IMG/VR virus record: IMGVR_UViG_3300020579_000013
Coordinates: 1-62,441 of that record
Direction: 5' to 3' (one strand)
From: a virus
Taxonomy: Duplodnaviria; Caudoviricetes
DNA length: 62,441 nucleotides
This document shows, piece by piece, positions 52,946 to 62,441 of the stretch (within the stretch, counting starts at the first letter, position 1; each line of letters begins with the position of its first letter). The position numbers were made by a program, and so were the translations under genes. Under the pieces are notes generated by a model. The model ran no database searches. It was given only the letters and a program-made list of their open reading frames with translations, and was not told the DNA's origin.

Positions 52946-53373
52946 TGCAGACACAGGAAGAATGGAAGCAAGTAAACAACGCGGCCTGTCGGCGCTGGCG
53001 TATTACCAATGCCGAGTATGACCAGCAACGACAGTTAGCTTGGCGCCAGGCCAACCCCGAGTATCAGGCTAGGTGGGCCGCCGCGAATAAAGAGAAAATT
53101 AACGCTCGAAAGCGAGTATGGGCCCGTCAGAATCGAGCGAAATTGCGTCGCAAGGAACTGGCACAGAAGTTTGCTCGGCGGCGCGCTTGCCCTCCATGGG
53201 CTGAACGAGCCCCCCTTCTTGCTTTCTATCGTGCTTGCCCCCCTGGATTTCATGTCGATCATGTTATACCCTTGCGTGGTAAATTAGTGTGTGGGCTGCA
53301 TTGTCTCGATAATCTGCAATACCTACCAGCACAGATCAATCTCCAAAAGGCAAACCGGTTCAGTCCGGAATAA
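52945..53373 (+). CDS. HNH homing endonuclease
   Basis: PPWA..HVDHVIPL.G..VCGLH..NLQ...N..K.N. Confidence 0.9.
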   Translation: MQTQEEWKQVNNAACRRWRITNAEYDQQRQLAWRQANPEYQARWAAANKEKINARKRVWARQNRAKLRRKELAQKFARRRACPPWAERAPLLAFYRACPPGFHVDHVIPLRGKLVCGLHCLDNLQYLPAQINLQKANRFSPE

Positions 53374-53385
53374 GGAGCAGCGAAT

Positions 53386-55089
53386 ATCTGTTTTGGCGGA
53401 GGAACCGTACCATCAGCCCCTAACACGTCTGCCGAACAAGCAGGCGCGGGCAATGTCGCCAATGCGGGCCTTGCCGCGGGGCAATCGCAGCTAAATTGGG
53501 CACAAGGACAAGCAGCCACCAATGCCGGCGTAGCGGGCGGCCTGCAGCAATCGCTTACTCCTCAAGTTGGTGTCGACACAACCGCCAATACCGCCGGTGC
53601 GGGCATGTATGGCTCGACACTCGGCGGTCTAGGACAGCAGCTGACCACCGCACAAAATTACGGCAACACGGCCGGCATGAACCAGGCCTCGACGAACGCG
53701 ATGGCCTCCACTGCCCAGAGCTACGATGCCGCGCGACAGAACAACATGCGTCAGCTCGGCTCGTACGGCGTCGATCCCAGTCAAATGAAGTCAGGCGCGC
53801 TGAACCTGAACGCGAACTTGGCGCAGGCCGGCGCGGTCGGCAATGCCGGCTACCAGGCAGGCCAGCAGCGCCAACTTACGGGTATGGGTCTCGTATCGAA
53901 CGCTCTGAACCAGAACATGATGGGTTCACAGGTTGGCCAGGGTTATGGCGCGGGCGCCAACGCGACCGGCCAGAATATCGCCGGCATCGGCAACCAGACC
54001 ACGCAGACGAGCTCGGGTGCACTCACTGCTCCTTCGACCATGCTACAGACAGGTCTCTCGGGCTACGGCACGAGTGCGAACATTGCCAACCAAACCTTTG
54101 GCAACCAGCTCGCGCAGTACAATATCAACCAGAACAACGGCAACATGCTCTCGAGCATGATAGGCCAAGGTGTCGGCATGGCGGCTGGTGCGGCCGCGGG
54201 CCACGCAGATGGCGGCGCGATCCCCGGCCGGTACGCCAATGGCGGACAGGCGGCGCCGATCCCCGTGAGTGGCGTTACTCCCGTGATGGCTGGCGCCTAT
54301 ACGCCTCCCCAATCGCAGAATGGCGGCGGTGGCGGCGGCGGAAGTAGCCCCATGAGTCCTGCCATGCAGGGCTACAAGGCCGGCAATAACCTATCCGGTA
54401 TGTATGACCAGTACCAGGCCAACTCGATGATGCCCGGCACCAATTCAATGATGGCCAGCGACCCGCAGATGCAGTCGATCGCCAGCGGCAATAGTTTCGG
54501 CGGCGGCGCTGATATCGCCAGTTCCACAGGCACCAGTGCGGCTGATCTTGGAGCCAGCTCCGGTGTCGGGGCTGCGGCGGGCGGCGCTGGAGATGCCGCG
54601 ATCGGTAGCGCTGCTGGCGGGGCCGCGGCGGGCGGCGCAGGCGCTGCTGTCGGCGGTGCGGCCGCAGATGCCGCAATTGGTACCGCGGCGGCCGATGCAG
54701 CGGGTGTCATAGGAGCCGATTTGGCGGCCGGCGGCGCGGCCGATGCGCTACTCTTGGCGGCTAACGGCGGCGCGATCCCCCAACGCAAGCGGCCGGACTG
54801 GGGCAATCCCGCGGTGCAGCGCCCGCAGGGCGTGCCTCCGCAGATCGGTATCCCTGGTCCCTGGGTGAATGCGGATGGTGGGCATCCCGGTCCTGGCCCC
54901 GGCATGATTCAACACGGTATGTCTGATGGCACCGGTATCGACGATCAGGTCCATGCGAAGGTCTCCGTGGGTGAGTACATCATTCCGGCGGATGTCGTTC
55001 ATGCGAAAGGCAAGGAATTTTTCGATAAGCTGCTTCAGCGATATCACACACCCGCCGCACAGCAGCGGCAACAGATGGGAATGCACTAA
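53386..55089 (+). CDS. Internal virion/ejection protein, probable ATC start
   Basis: Frame of ORF 53605 is open back to TAAGGAG-8 nt-ATC TGT TTT GGC GGA GGA; Gly/Ala/Gln-rich; DGTG.DD...VS.GEYIIPADVV. Confidence 0.75.
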   Translation: MCFGGGTVPSAPNTSAEQAGAGNVANAGLAAGQSQLNWAQGQAATNAGVAGGLQQSLTPQVGVDTTANTAGAGMYGSTLGGLGQQLTTAQNYGNTAGMNQASTNAMASTAQSYDAARQNNMRQLGSYGVDPSQMKSGALNLNANLAQAGAVGNAGYQAGQQRQLTGMGLVSNALNQNMMGSQVGQGYGAGANATGQNIAGIGNQTTQTSSGALTAPSTMLQTGLSGYGTSANIANQTFGNQLAQYNINQNNGNMLSSMIGQGVGMAAGAAAGHADGGAIPGRYANGGQAAPIPVSGVTPVMAGAYTPPQSQNGGGGGGGSSPMSPAMQGYKAGNNLSGMYDQYQANSMMPGTNSMMASDPQMQSIASGNSFGGGADIASSTGTSAADLGASSGVGAAAGGAGDAAIGSAAGGAAAGGAGAAVGGAAADAAIGTAAADAAGVIGADLAAGGAADALLLAANGGAIPQRKRPDWGNPAVQRPQGVPPQIGIPGPWVNADGGHPGPGPGMIQHGMSDGTGIDDQVHAKVSVGEYIIPADVVHAKGKEFFDKLLQRYHTPAAQQRQQMGMH

Positions 55090-57638
55090 TGGGCAACTTT
55101 TCCGGCAAATTGAACCCTGGCAATGTCGGCTCCTTCCTGGGCGGTATCCCGCAAGGCATGGAGGAACAGCAGAAGCTCCAGCACGGCGACTTCTCGAATC
55201 AAATCATGCGCAGTGCGGCCACCGAGTCCAATCTCGGCACGCATGGCAATCTACAGCAGGCCAACCTACTTGCACCGGCCGCCGGCCAGCCCCAGGCACA
55301 GCAGAGCGGTGGGATGTTTGATCCCGTACGCGAGCGCATCCACTCGCTTCTCGGTGCCGCGCAGCAGCGCTACCAACAAGTTTTCAGTCGCGGCCAACAG
55401 GGCCAGACCAATCCTGCCGCCGCGCCGAGCGGCCGTGGACCGGGCCCTGCCGCGCAGCAGACGACTCAGGCTCCCGGCAACGCCGCCATGAGCCGCCCGC
55501 AACCGACTACTTCGAGCGGTACAGCAGGACCTCCGGGCGCAACCGGCCCCATGCCCTTGCCGGATCAGGATCAAGTGACCGGCCGCGACTATCCGGGAGC
55601 CTATGCCGAAGGCGGCGCCATCCCCGGCCGCAAACTCGCCGGCATCCGCGCGAAGAAGGCGAAGGCCGGTAATGTGGCGAAGGCCACTGCGGGTGACAAG
55701 CAGGTCGCCAACCAACAACCAGGCGCCGGCGGGGCATCAATGCCCGGCCAGCAGATGCCCCCACGCAACACTGAGCCGGGTGCCGGAATTAGTAACCAGG
55801 ATCCGCAGCTAGCTGACGGCGGCCCGCCCAGTTCCGATGCGGGTACGGTGGCGACCGCGGGCATGCCGCGCGCCGAGTACAATGCCGTCGAAGCCGATGC
55901 CGATGGTGGCCCGGCTGGTCAAGGCAAGTTCATCCAGAAGGCGATCAAGAAGCCAGGGCAACTCCACAAAGATCTGGGCGTTCCCCAAGGCGAGAAGATC
56001 CCCAAGTCGAAGATCAAGGCAGCTGAAAAGGGCGGCGGTAAGGTCGCGCAGCGCGCTCGTTTCGCCGATACGCTGAGCAAGTTCAAGGATGGAGGGGCAC
56101 CGAAAATCCCAAAACTTGAACCGGGCGCAGCCCCGGAACCAAAGCCTGCACCCAATGCGGTGGAGCAGACCGTCAACAATGATGGCATGCGACACTATCT
56201 CGGCAAGACCATCAAGCGCTTCGATGATGGATCGCCTGGTGGTGTGAAACCGGATCAGGTACCGACCCCCGCTGGCACGAAAGATGATTCGTGGCCGGGC
56301 CTTATTCCTGCCGTTATTAATTCGGCCAAGTACTATGCTGGAGCTGTCGGCGCTCCTCTCGCGAACGCCAGCGGTCGCGCCGGCGAGCTCATTCAACAAG
56401 GGCTGTTTGGTGACAAGAATGCTATTGGCGCCACTCCTCCGCCGGCTACGCCCGGTAAGGGTGCGAGTCCGCCACAGGATAGCACTGCCTCGGCAGCCGC
56501 CGGCCCTCCGACCTCGGCATATAATCCGCATGTTCCGAACTCCAATGGTAGGTCTGGTTCAGCTCCGTACAACATAAATGACGGCTCGCTCGACTACCCA
56601 GAGAATGAGCGCCTTCCTGGCGATGACTACAACAAAGCTGGTCTCGCTGCCGCCCTCAAAGGAGGCCAAGGTACTCAAGGACCCCCCTCACCGCAGGGAG
56701 CGCCTCCAGCCGCCGGCGCCGCTCCGATCGATTTCTCGCAGGTACAGGTCGACCATAGCCAGATCCCCACGACTACCACGGAAGACTGGAGGAAGCTCGA
56801 GGCTGCCTCTGCGTATAACTACGCCGCGCATGGTATGGGTGCCGGCGAGGCGATGCGCAAAGCGAATGCTGACATTACGGGCATGCAGCACGACAACTTC
56901 ATGGACTACCTGCGCCAGGGGGCGGCACTGGACGCTGCCGGTAACAAGCAAGGCGCCATGGCCGCCTACAAGACGGCATATCAGTACTTCCCAACTGGCC
57001 ACGATATGCATTTCGGTGTCGGCCAGGATGGCAATATTGTGGCTTTTGGAGTCAACGAACAGACCGGAAAACCGGTTCAAAACGGTGCTGTGAAGCTTGA
57101 TCAACAAGGTATACACGGTATTATGACGCATTTCGCCAATCCGGAGAATTTCGTCAACGAAGGCATTCGGATGCAGACTCTTGCTAACGAGACTGCACAT
57201 TTGGGTAAAGGCCAGATCCCGCTCGAACAGGCGCAGGCGCAGCGTACGATAGCTCAGCGTAATTACCTCCAAGAACGGAATCCCACAGCTCTCGCAATTG
57301 CGGAGACGCGCGCAGATGCCGCGGGCCGCCGTCTGCAGCCGGATATCCAGAAGTACTACTCCAGCAACCTCAAAGATCTCCCTAACGCCGGTGATGCGGA
57401 AAATATTGCGGCGCAACTTGAAGCTCAGGCTCCTGGTGGTGTCGACCAAGCGCATCGTTTGCAGATCTTGGGTATCGTGCGGCATCTCTATGATCCAGCC
57501 ACCGACCCCGCCGAACGACAGCAATTCCTGCAGAAGTACCATCTACAGGAGCCCGCGCAGGCTAACCTCCAAGGTGGCGCAATTCCTGGTCGAGCTGAAG
57601 ATCCTTATGCGAGGGGCTACGCCCTTTACGGACAATAG
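55089..57638 (+). CDS. Internal virion/ejection protein
   Basis: TAATG overlap; Gln/Gly/Pro-rich with repeated A[DE]GG motifs. Confidence 0.75.
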   Translation: MGNFSGKLNPGNVGSFLGGIPQGMEEQQKLQHGDFSNQIMRSAATESNLGTHGNLQQANLLAPAAGQPQAQQSGGMFDPVRERIHSLLGAAQQRYQQVFSRGQQGQTNPAAAPSGRGPGPAAQQTTQAPGNAAMSRPQPTTSSGTAGPPGATGPMPLPDQDQVTGRDYPGAYAEGGAIPGRKLAGIRAKKAKAGNVAKATAGDKQVANQQPGAGGASMPGQQMPPRNTEPGAGISNQDPQLADGGPPSSDAGTVATAGMPRAEYNAVEADADGGPAGQGKFIQKAIKKPGQLHKDLGVPQGEKIPKSKIKAAEKGGGKVAQRARFADTLSKFKDGGAPKIPKLEPGAAPEPKPAPNAVEQTVNNDGMRHYLGKTIKRFDDGSPGGVKPDQVPTPAGTKDDSWPGLIPAVINSAKYYAGAVGAPLANASGRAGELIQQGLFGDKNAIGATPPPATPGKGASPPQDSTASAAAGPPTSAYNPHVPNSNGRSGSAPYNINDGSLDYPENERLPGDDYNKAGLAAALKGGQGTQGPPSPQGAPPAAGAAPIDFSQVQVDHSQIPTTTTEDWRKLEAASAYNYAAHGMGAGEAMRKANADITGMQHDNFMDYLRQGAALDAAGNKQGAMAAYKTAYQYFPTGHDMHFGVGQDGNIVAFGVNEQTGKPVQNGAVKLDQQGIHGIMTHFANPENFVNEGIRMQTLANETAHLGKGQIPLEQAQAQRTIAQRNYLQERNPTALAIAETRADAAGRRLQPDIQKYYSSNLKDLPNAGDAENIAAQLEAQAPGGVDQAHRLQILGIVRHLYDPATDPAERQQFLQKYHLQEPAQANLQGGAIPGRAEDPYARGYALYGQ

Positions 57639-57641
57639 TCC

Positions 57642-60600
57642 ATGGCGTTGAACCCAACTCTACAGCTTCCGGATGTCCCTATCGAGGAGACTCCTTCTGA
57701 ACCCATACCGGGTATCAGTGACGTGCGCGCGCAAGCCGCGCAGATGCTTAAAGATGCCCAAGCGCTTCCTCGAGCTGGGGCCCCAGGTGCACCTCCGCAA
57801 ACCGGCGCCACCGACTCATGGCTGAAGGATCTGTCTTCTTCTCTTCCAGGGCGCCCTGCGCCAAAAGAAGGGCTCTTTTCCGGAGTCGGTAAGGCGGCCG
57901 CTGCCGGCGCCGCGGAGCTCGGGCATCAAGTCACTGGAGCCGCCAACTGGGCCGCCCAGCGCCTCGCGCCGGGATCCCCTGTCGCCGGCGCCACCAACTG
58001 GGCCAACCAAGTCGCCGGTCAGTCTGCACAGGACTGGCGCGATGAGATGACGCCGCAGGAGCGCGACCTGATGGCGCGCGAGTGGACCACCCTCGACCCG
58101 CATCAGACTATCTGGCAAGGCTCTCCTCACGACTTCATCCACGCCCTGACCCTACAGATGGGGCAGGCCGCGCCGGCCACGCTCTCGATGCTGCTGCCCA
58201 TGACCGCTATGGCGCGCGCTGGCATGACGGCCGGCGCTTTGACCTACGTCGGAGCCACCCAAGCGGGGCTCTCCCTAGGACAAATTTCCAACAACATCAA
58301 CCAGGAAATTGCCAGCCGGGACGACAATACCCTTCGGCAGCAGTCTCCGGCCTACGCGAAGATGCTGGACGGCGGCATGGACCCGCGCGCGGCGCGGCAG
58401 GAACTCACCAACCAGGCTCAGCGTTATGCGCCGGTTGTCGGCGGTTTGATTTCCGGCGCCATCGCCACTCTGGCAGGAAGATACCTAACACCCGTTATCA
58501 CGGGTCAAGCCGGCGCTGGTGTATTACGGCGCGCCGGCATGGGGTTTGCCGACCAGGCGCTTCAGGGTGCGGGCATTGGCGCGGCGAATTACGTTGCGAC
58601 GGAGACTGCCGCGAACGTATATGACAAAGGGCGGCTCCGGAATCTGGTGGGTGGTCTGCATGCCGCCGGCGAGTCCGCGGCCGCCATGGGTGCTCTGGGA
58701 GCAGGCTTTGCGGTCGCGCATGGTCGCAGCCAGCCACTACACACCGACAAAGCGCCGAATCAGCCGGAGGCTGCGCAAATACACCAGACGATGGCGCAGA
58801 CACCCGAAAACAAGGCTACCGGGGTCTCGCCTGAAGAGCACACCTCCGGAGCCGGTCAGACGGACGAATACATTCCGATTGAGCGGATTCGCGAAGGAGA
58901 GACCCTAGGAGCGGCGAACGAGCCTACCCCGCCACCCCAGGGTCACCAAAATGAGCTTCCTTTCGGTCCTAGACAGGATGTAGCCCAGGCCATAAGGGCG
59001 CACTACGATCAAGGTGACGTCGCGCATTGGGGCGAACCTCCGCAGCCCAGCGGCTACCGCGGCGCCCCGCCGCCGGAGCCCGGCCCCCAGGAACCGCCTT
59101 GGGCGAACCAGGCCGCCATCGCGCAGCGCCAAGAGCAACTGCCGCTTCAGGGCGGCCAAATGAATCCGCCGCGGCCGGGACCATCGCCCCCCGTTCCGGC
59201 GCCTGCACAACTGAATTTGCCGCTGCGTCGTCAAGCTCGCGGCGGACCCGAATTCCCCCCGGTGGCTGAGCCACCTAGAACCGTGGCTGACCAACTTCGA
59301 GCGCGGAATGTTTACCCGACGCCCGACTGGAACCAGCCCGACCTTCTGCGTGACCAGCCGTCTCCTGGTCAGCTCACCACCGTGGGGAACCGTCCGACCA
59401 TACAAGGTAATGCCGAGGCGCCCGGCGCGCGCCCGTTCACCGACATACAGGGGCAGCTCCATGAACTCACCCAAGGCACGCGTTCTGGTGTATGGCTCTC
59501 GGGCGATACTCTGGCGTCGCTCCGACGGTCAGGTCTTCTGGACCGCGTTCGAGACCAAGCCGGAGATGAGGCGGTTCCTCTGGTCAATTTTGATGGGAAA
59601 GGCGGAACACTTCTCGCCAAAGATCAGGCCACCGCCGAGGAGCTTACCCATTATCGAGACGCGAAGGTCGGCACTGTCCCGGAGATTATCGAGCACGCTG
59701 CTGGAGAGACTGCGGCGGGCCCTGCGGAAGTACTTCGCCGCGCGCAATTGACAAACGTCGAGAATGAAGTACAACAGCGGGCTCAAGCCGAAAAGGAGAC
59801 AGGTCGTGCAGTCAGACAAGCAACCGAAGCCACCGTCCCCGATACGGCTACTGCTCTGCGTGCACGTGCTGCTGCTGCGCGTGACCTGGCAACTGGCAAA
59901 GAATCGCCTCCAATATCTGGTCCGGAAGCTGCTAAGCGACTGACGGCCGAAGCACAGAAGGTACACAATGAAATTACTGGTAGGGCATGGCGTGGTATTG
60001 GGGCTCCTGATCCGCGAGACATTGACTTTCACTCTGAAGATCTGCAAAGACAGTATCAAAACCTCGATCACGAGCTTGCTGGCATGCGAGTCATGCGTAA
60101 TACCGCGCGAACTGCGGAAGATGTGGCGCACGCTAATGCCGGTGCGGAGGTGGTTGAGCGCAAGATCGCCCGCTTCCTCGAGTCCCATCCCCACGAAACC
60201 CGAGCCGAGCAAGTCGCCCGCGCGGCTGTGCGTGTGTCGCCCGAAGGAGTCCGTGAGTTCGTCGAGAATAAACGACAGGTCGGCAAGCGACTCGTCAAGC
60301 CTCTCGAACGAATAGAGACGGCAGCTCTCCCCAAGGAAGCGCGGCCAACGCGCGCCGAGCTGCGGGCGATGCATCCCGACGAGTTCAAGCCACTCTACGA
60401 AGAGGCGCTTGCACGTACGTCCGAGAGTAGCGGCCGGCAAAAGATCTCCGCTGAGGAGATGCGGGCCCAGGACCAGGGCTATCGATCGCTCGAGGAAAAG
60501 CGGGTCCTGCGGTACTACCGCACTGAGGCAGAACACGCCTCCGTCGGAGCGGTGCATTCTGACAAAATGGCGGTCTCGCCTCGTAGAGCACTCACCGAGC

Positions 60601-62441
60601 GCGAAGTACAAAAGAACGCCGTGAAGGGCCGCACCGCGGCGCGCATCGTCGGTTACAAGACATTTGACCCGCGCAATCTTATCGCCGATGTACAGTCCCA
60701 GCGGGAGATGGAGGCCAATACGGCCGGCCGCAAAGAGTTCCGCCAGCAGCGCCAGGCGCTTAAGGTTGGCATCGAGAAGACCGTTCGTAATGGTGAGCGG
60801 GCTATCAAGCAGCTGGAGAAGGTCGAGCCGGAGATGATCAACGGTAAGCTATCGATGGCCAAAGGTTACATGCGGCAGATACTGCAGTATGGTCGTGCGT
60901 TACGCGACGGGCCGATGAACAGCTCCCACGCCATGTCCGCTGCGAAACAATTCAACGCGCACGTCGAGATGCTCTCCAAGTTGGACCCGCAGAAGCGGGC
61001 GCAGTACCTGATCGACGCTTACAATACTGAACTGAAACGCCAGAACCAGCGGGCCGCCGGCGCCAACCCGGAGCGCCTCGCGCACAACGAAGAGATCGGC
61101 GGCGAGCAACCACTGGTTTCGGATAGCCTCGAGCCATATCGTAGTGCCCTGGGCTATCCTCAGAAGCCGACCGCATTCACTGAGTCTGCACGTACAGTCG
61201 CACAGCATTTTGAGCAGGGGCCCGTGCGTGCGCATGTGGTGATTCGCGAAGTGCTGCGGCAGTTCCCCGAAGGCTCGCCGATGCATCGGTTGTTCACGGC
61301 TCTCAATCATGTAGTGGATGCCGGCACTATGGTCGGATACACCAACGACAAGACCATGGGCAATAATATCGCCCAGACTCGTTGGGCAGCCGAGGCTCCG
61401 GCTGTACATATCAATCGCGCAGCGCTGGATGAAACGCGTTCGATGGGGCAGGCTCCGGAGTTCCAACTCATGCATGCATTGGGCCACGAGCTGGTGCATG
61501 TCGCGACGGTGCGCGCCATTGAGGCTAACCCTGCAGTGAAGGCGCGGCTCGAGGCGATTCTCGCCGAAGTCAACAAGAACATGACCGCCGACCTGCACTA
61601 CGGCACGACGAACGTCAAGGAGATGGTCGCGGAAGCCTACGCCAATCCGGAGTTCCAGAATTTCCTGAACACGATCAAAGTGGCGGGCACCCAGGAGTCT
61701 TTATGGGGCCGCTTCAAGCAGGTCGTGGCAGATATCCTTGGTTTCAAGTCGACTGACAAGCACTTTACCGCGCTCGATGCGATTATGCGGGAGCACGGCA
61801 CGATCTTTCGCGGCAAGGAATACGCAACTACCCCCGGTATGCGCGCGCTGCCGGAGAACCTGGAGCGAGATCGCGAAGGCGTACATGTTGGCAATGCGAT
61901 CGACCGGATTCAGAAATCTGCCGGCTTTGTGAAGGACCTGTATACCAACGCTACACAGCACACCGGACAGGCAGGTCTCGCTTTGATGACCCCGAGGCAG
62001 CAAAGTGCGCAATTCAGTAAGTATTTTGAACGAGCCGATGGCAGCAACCCATACAAACGCTACTGGGACACTTTCTTCAAGCGTGCTTCAGATAATGCTC
62101 TTTCCATGGAGCATGTCGGAAAGCTATCTAACCATTGGTCAAACCTTGAGGAGAAGTACGGTGTCGACCAAGCAGCCCAGCTCAGCAAGCTCATGCATGA
62201 CTCCACCATCTACGGATTCCACCCTGATCTTTCGGCGGACGCCACCGAAAACGCACACATCAGCGGAGACAATGTTGGCCGCGCAGCAGAGGCACGAACG
62301 CAATTTCAAGCGCTACCAGAGGAGATGCAAGCGCATTTCCGGACGATGAAGAAGTATTACGCGGACGAGCAGCGCAACACGACCGACCAGATCGTGCTGA
62401 ACGGCTTGCACGCGATGCTGACCAAGGGCGAGGATGCGGCG
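57642..62441 (+). CDS. Giant internal virion/polyvalent protein, N-terminal part (continues to 2695; ~2,426 aa)
   Basis: ATG 57642; no closed ORF in this frame in the track; zincin-like HELVH at 61485 followed by KEMVAE. Confidence 0.85.
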   Translation, partial: MALNPTLQLPDVPIEETPSEPIPGISDVRAQAAQMLKDAQALPRAGAPGAPPQTGATDSWLKDLSSSLPGRPAPKEGLFSGVGKAAAAGAAELGHQVTGAANWAAQRLAPGSPVAGATNWANQVAGQSAQDWRDEMTPQERDLMAREWTTLDPHQTIWQGSPHDFIHALTLQMGQAAPATLSMLLPMTAMARAGMTAGALTYVGATQAGLSLGQISNNINQEIASRDDNTLRQQSPAYAKMLDGGMDPRAARQELTNQAQRYAPVVGGLISGAIATLAGRYLTPVITGQAGAGVLRRAGMGFADQALQGAGIGAANYVATETAANVYDKGRLRNLVGGLHAAGESAAAMGALGAGFAVAHGRSQPLHTDKAPNQPEAAQIHQTMAQTPENKATGVSPEEHTSGAGQTDEYIPIERIREGETLGAANEPTPPPQGHQNELPFGPRQDVAQAIRAHYDQGDVAHWGEPPQPSGYRGAPPPEPGPQEPPWANQAAIAQRQEQLPLQGGQMNPPRPGPSPPVPAPAQLNLPLRRQARGGPEFPPVAEPPRTVADQLRARNVYPTPDWNQPDLLRDQPSPGQLTTVGNRPTIQGNAEAPGARPFTDIQGQLHELTQGTRSGVWLSGDTLASLRRSGLLDRVRDQAGDEAVPLVNFDGKGGTLLAKDQATAEELTHYRDAKVGTVPEIIEHAAGETAAGPAEVLRRAQLTNVENEVQQRAQAEKETGRAVRQATEATVPDTATALRARAAAARDLATGKESPPISGPEAAKRLTAEAQKVHNEITGRAWRGIGAPDPRDIDFHSEDLQRQYQNLDHELAGMRVMRNTARTAEDVAHANAGAEVVERKIARFLESHPHETRAEQVARAAVRVSPEGVREFVENKRQVGKRLVKPLERIETAALPKEARPTRAELRAMHPDEFKPLYEEALARTSESSGRQKISAEEMRAQDQGYRSLEEKRVLRYYRTEAEHASVGAVHSDKMAVSPRRALTEREVQKNAVKGRTAARIVGYKTFDPRNLIADVQSQREMEANTAGRKEFRQQRQALKVGIEKTVRNGERAIKQLEKVEPEMINGKLSMAKGYMRQILQYGRALRDGPMNSSHAMSAAKQFNAHVEMLSKLDPQKRAQYLIDAYNTELKRQNQRAAGANPERLAHNEEIGGEQPLVSDSLEPYRSALGYPQKPTAFTESARTVAQHFEQGPVRAHVVIREVLRQFPEGSPMHRLFTALNHVVDAGTMVGYTNDKTMGNNIAQTRWAAEAPAVHINRAALDETRSMGQAPEFQLMHALGHELVHVATVRAIEANPAVKARLEAILAEVNKNMTADLHYGTTNVKEMVAEAYANPEFQNFLNTIKVAGTQESLWGRFKQVVADILGFKSTDKHFTALDAIMREHGTIFRGKEYATTPGMRALPENLERDREGVHVGNAIDRIQKSAGFVKDLYTNATQHTGQAGLALMTPRQQSAQFSKYFERADGSNPYKRYWDTFFKRASDNALSMEHVGKLSNHWSNLEEKYGVDQAAQLSKLMHDSTIYGFHPDLSADATENAHISGDNVGRAAEARTQFQALPEEMQAHFRTMKKYYADEQRNTTDQIVLNGLHAMLTKGEDAA
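62228..62441. repeat. Terminal direct repeat / assembly overlap, right copy
   Basis: Matches 1-214. Confidence 0.97.

Noticed and set aside
1-62441. tRNA genes and a lysogeny module
   Set aside because: No cloverleaf, integrase or CI-like repressor was recognised by eye; tRNAscan-SE/ARAGORN would be needed to exclude tRNAs formally.

Overview
Apparently complete genome of a podovirus-like tailed dsDNA phage of a Gram-negative host (embedded Rz/Rz1 spanins, PagL-like gene). Bases 1-214 recur at 62228-62441, so the unit genome is ~62,227 bp and circularly permuted. No integrase, classical repressor, tRNA or CRISPR was seen. The minus arm (6.9-29.6 kb) holds early and replication genes: primase-helicase, SSB-like protein, SNF2 helicase, VRR-NUC, Cas4-like nuclease, DNA polymerase A, a MoxR/vWA module and a dense train of tiny ORFs. 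The plus arm (29.7 kb, through the contig end, to 6.9 kb) holds membrane and glycosyltransferase genes, an inverted terminase pair, portal, scaffold, capsid, tail, lysis genes, ejection proteins (including a ~2,426-aa protein spanning the contig ends) and a T5-A1-like nuclease with nucleotide hydrolases. The most striking signal is about 25 otherwise unrelated microproteins (mostly 30-70 aa, many below the ORF-track cut-off). They carry a Q-x-x-[L/M]-F pentapeptide at or near the C-terminus that matches the bacterial beta-sliding-clamp binding motif, and two copies look switched off by tandem-repeat frameshifts. The same arm carries nine copies of a 17-bp palindrome (GTTACAA-N3-TTGTAAC), mostly 1.5-2.3 kb apart. 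All family assignments come from motif recognition by eye, not from database searches.
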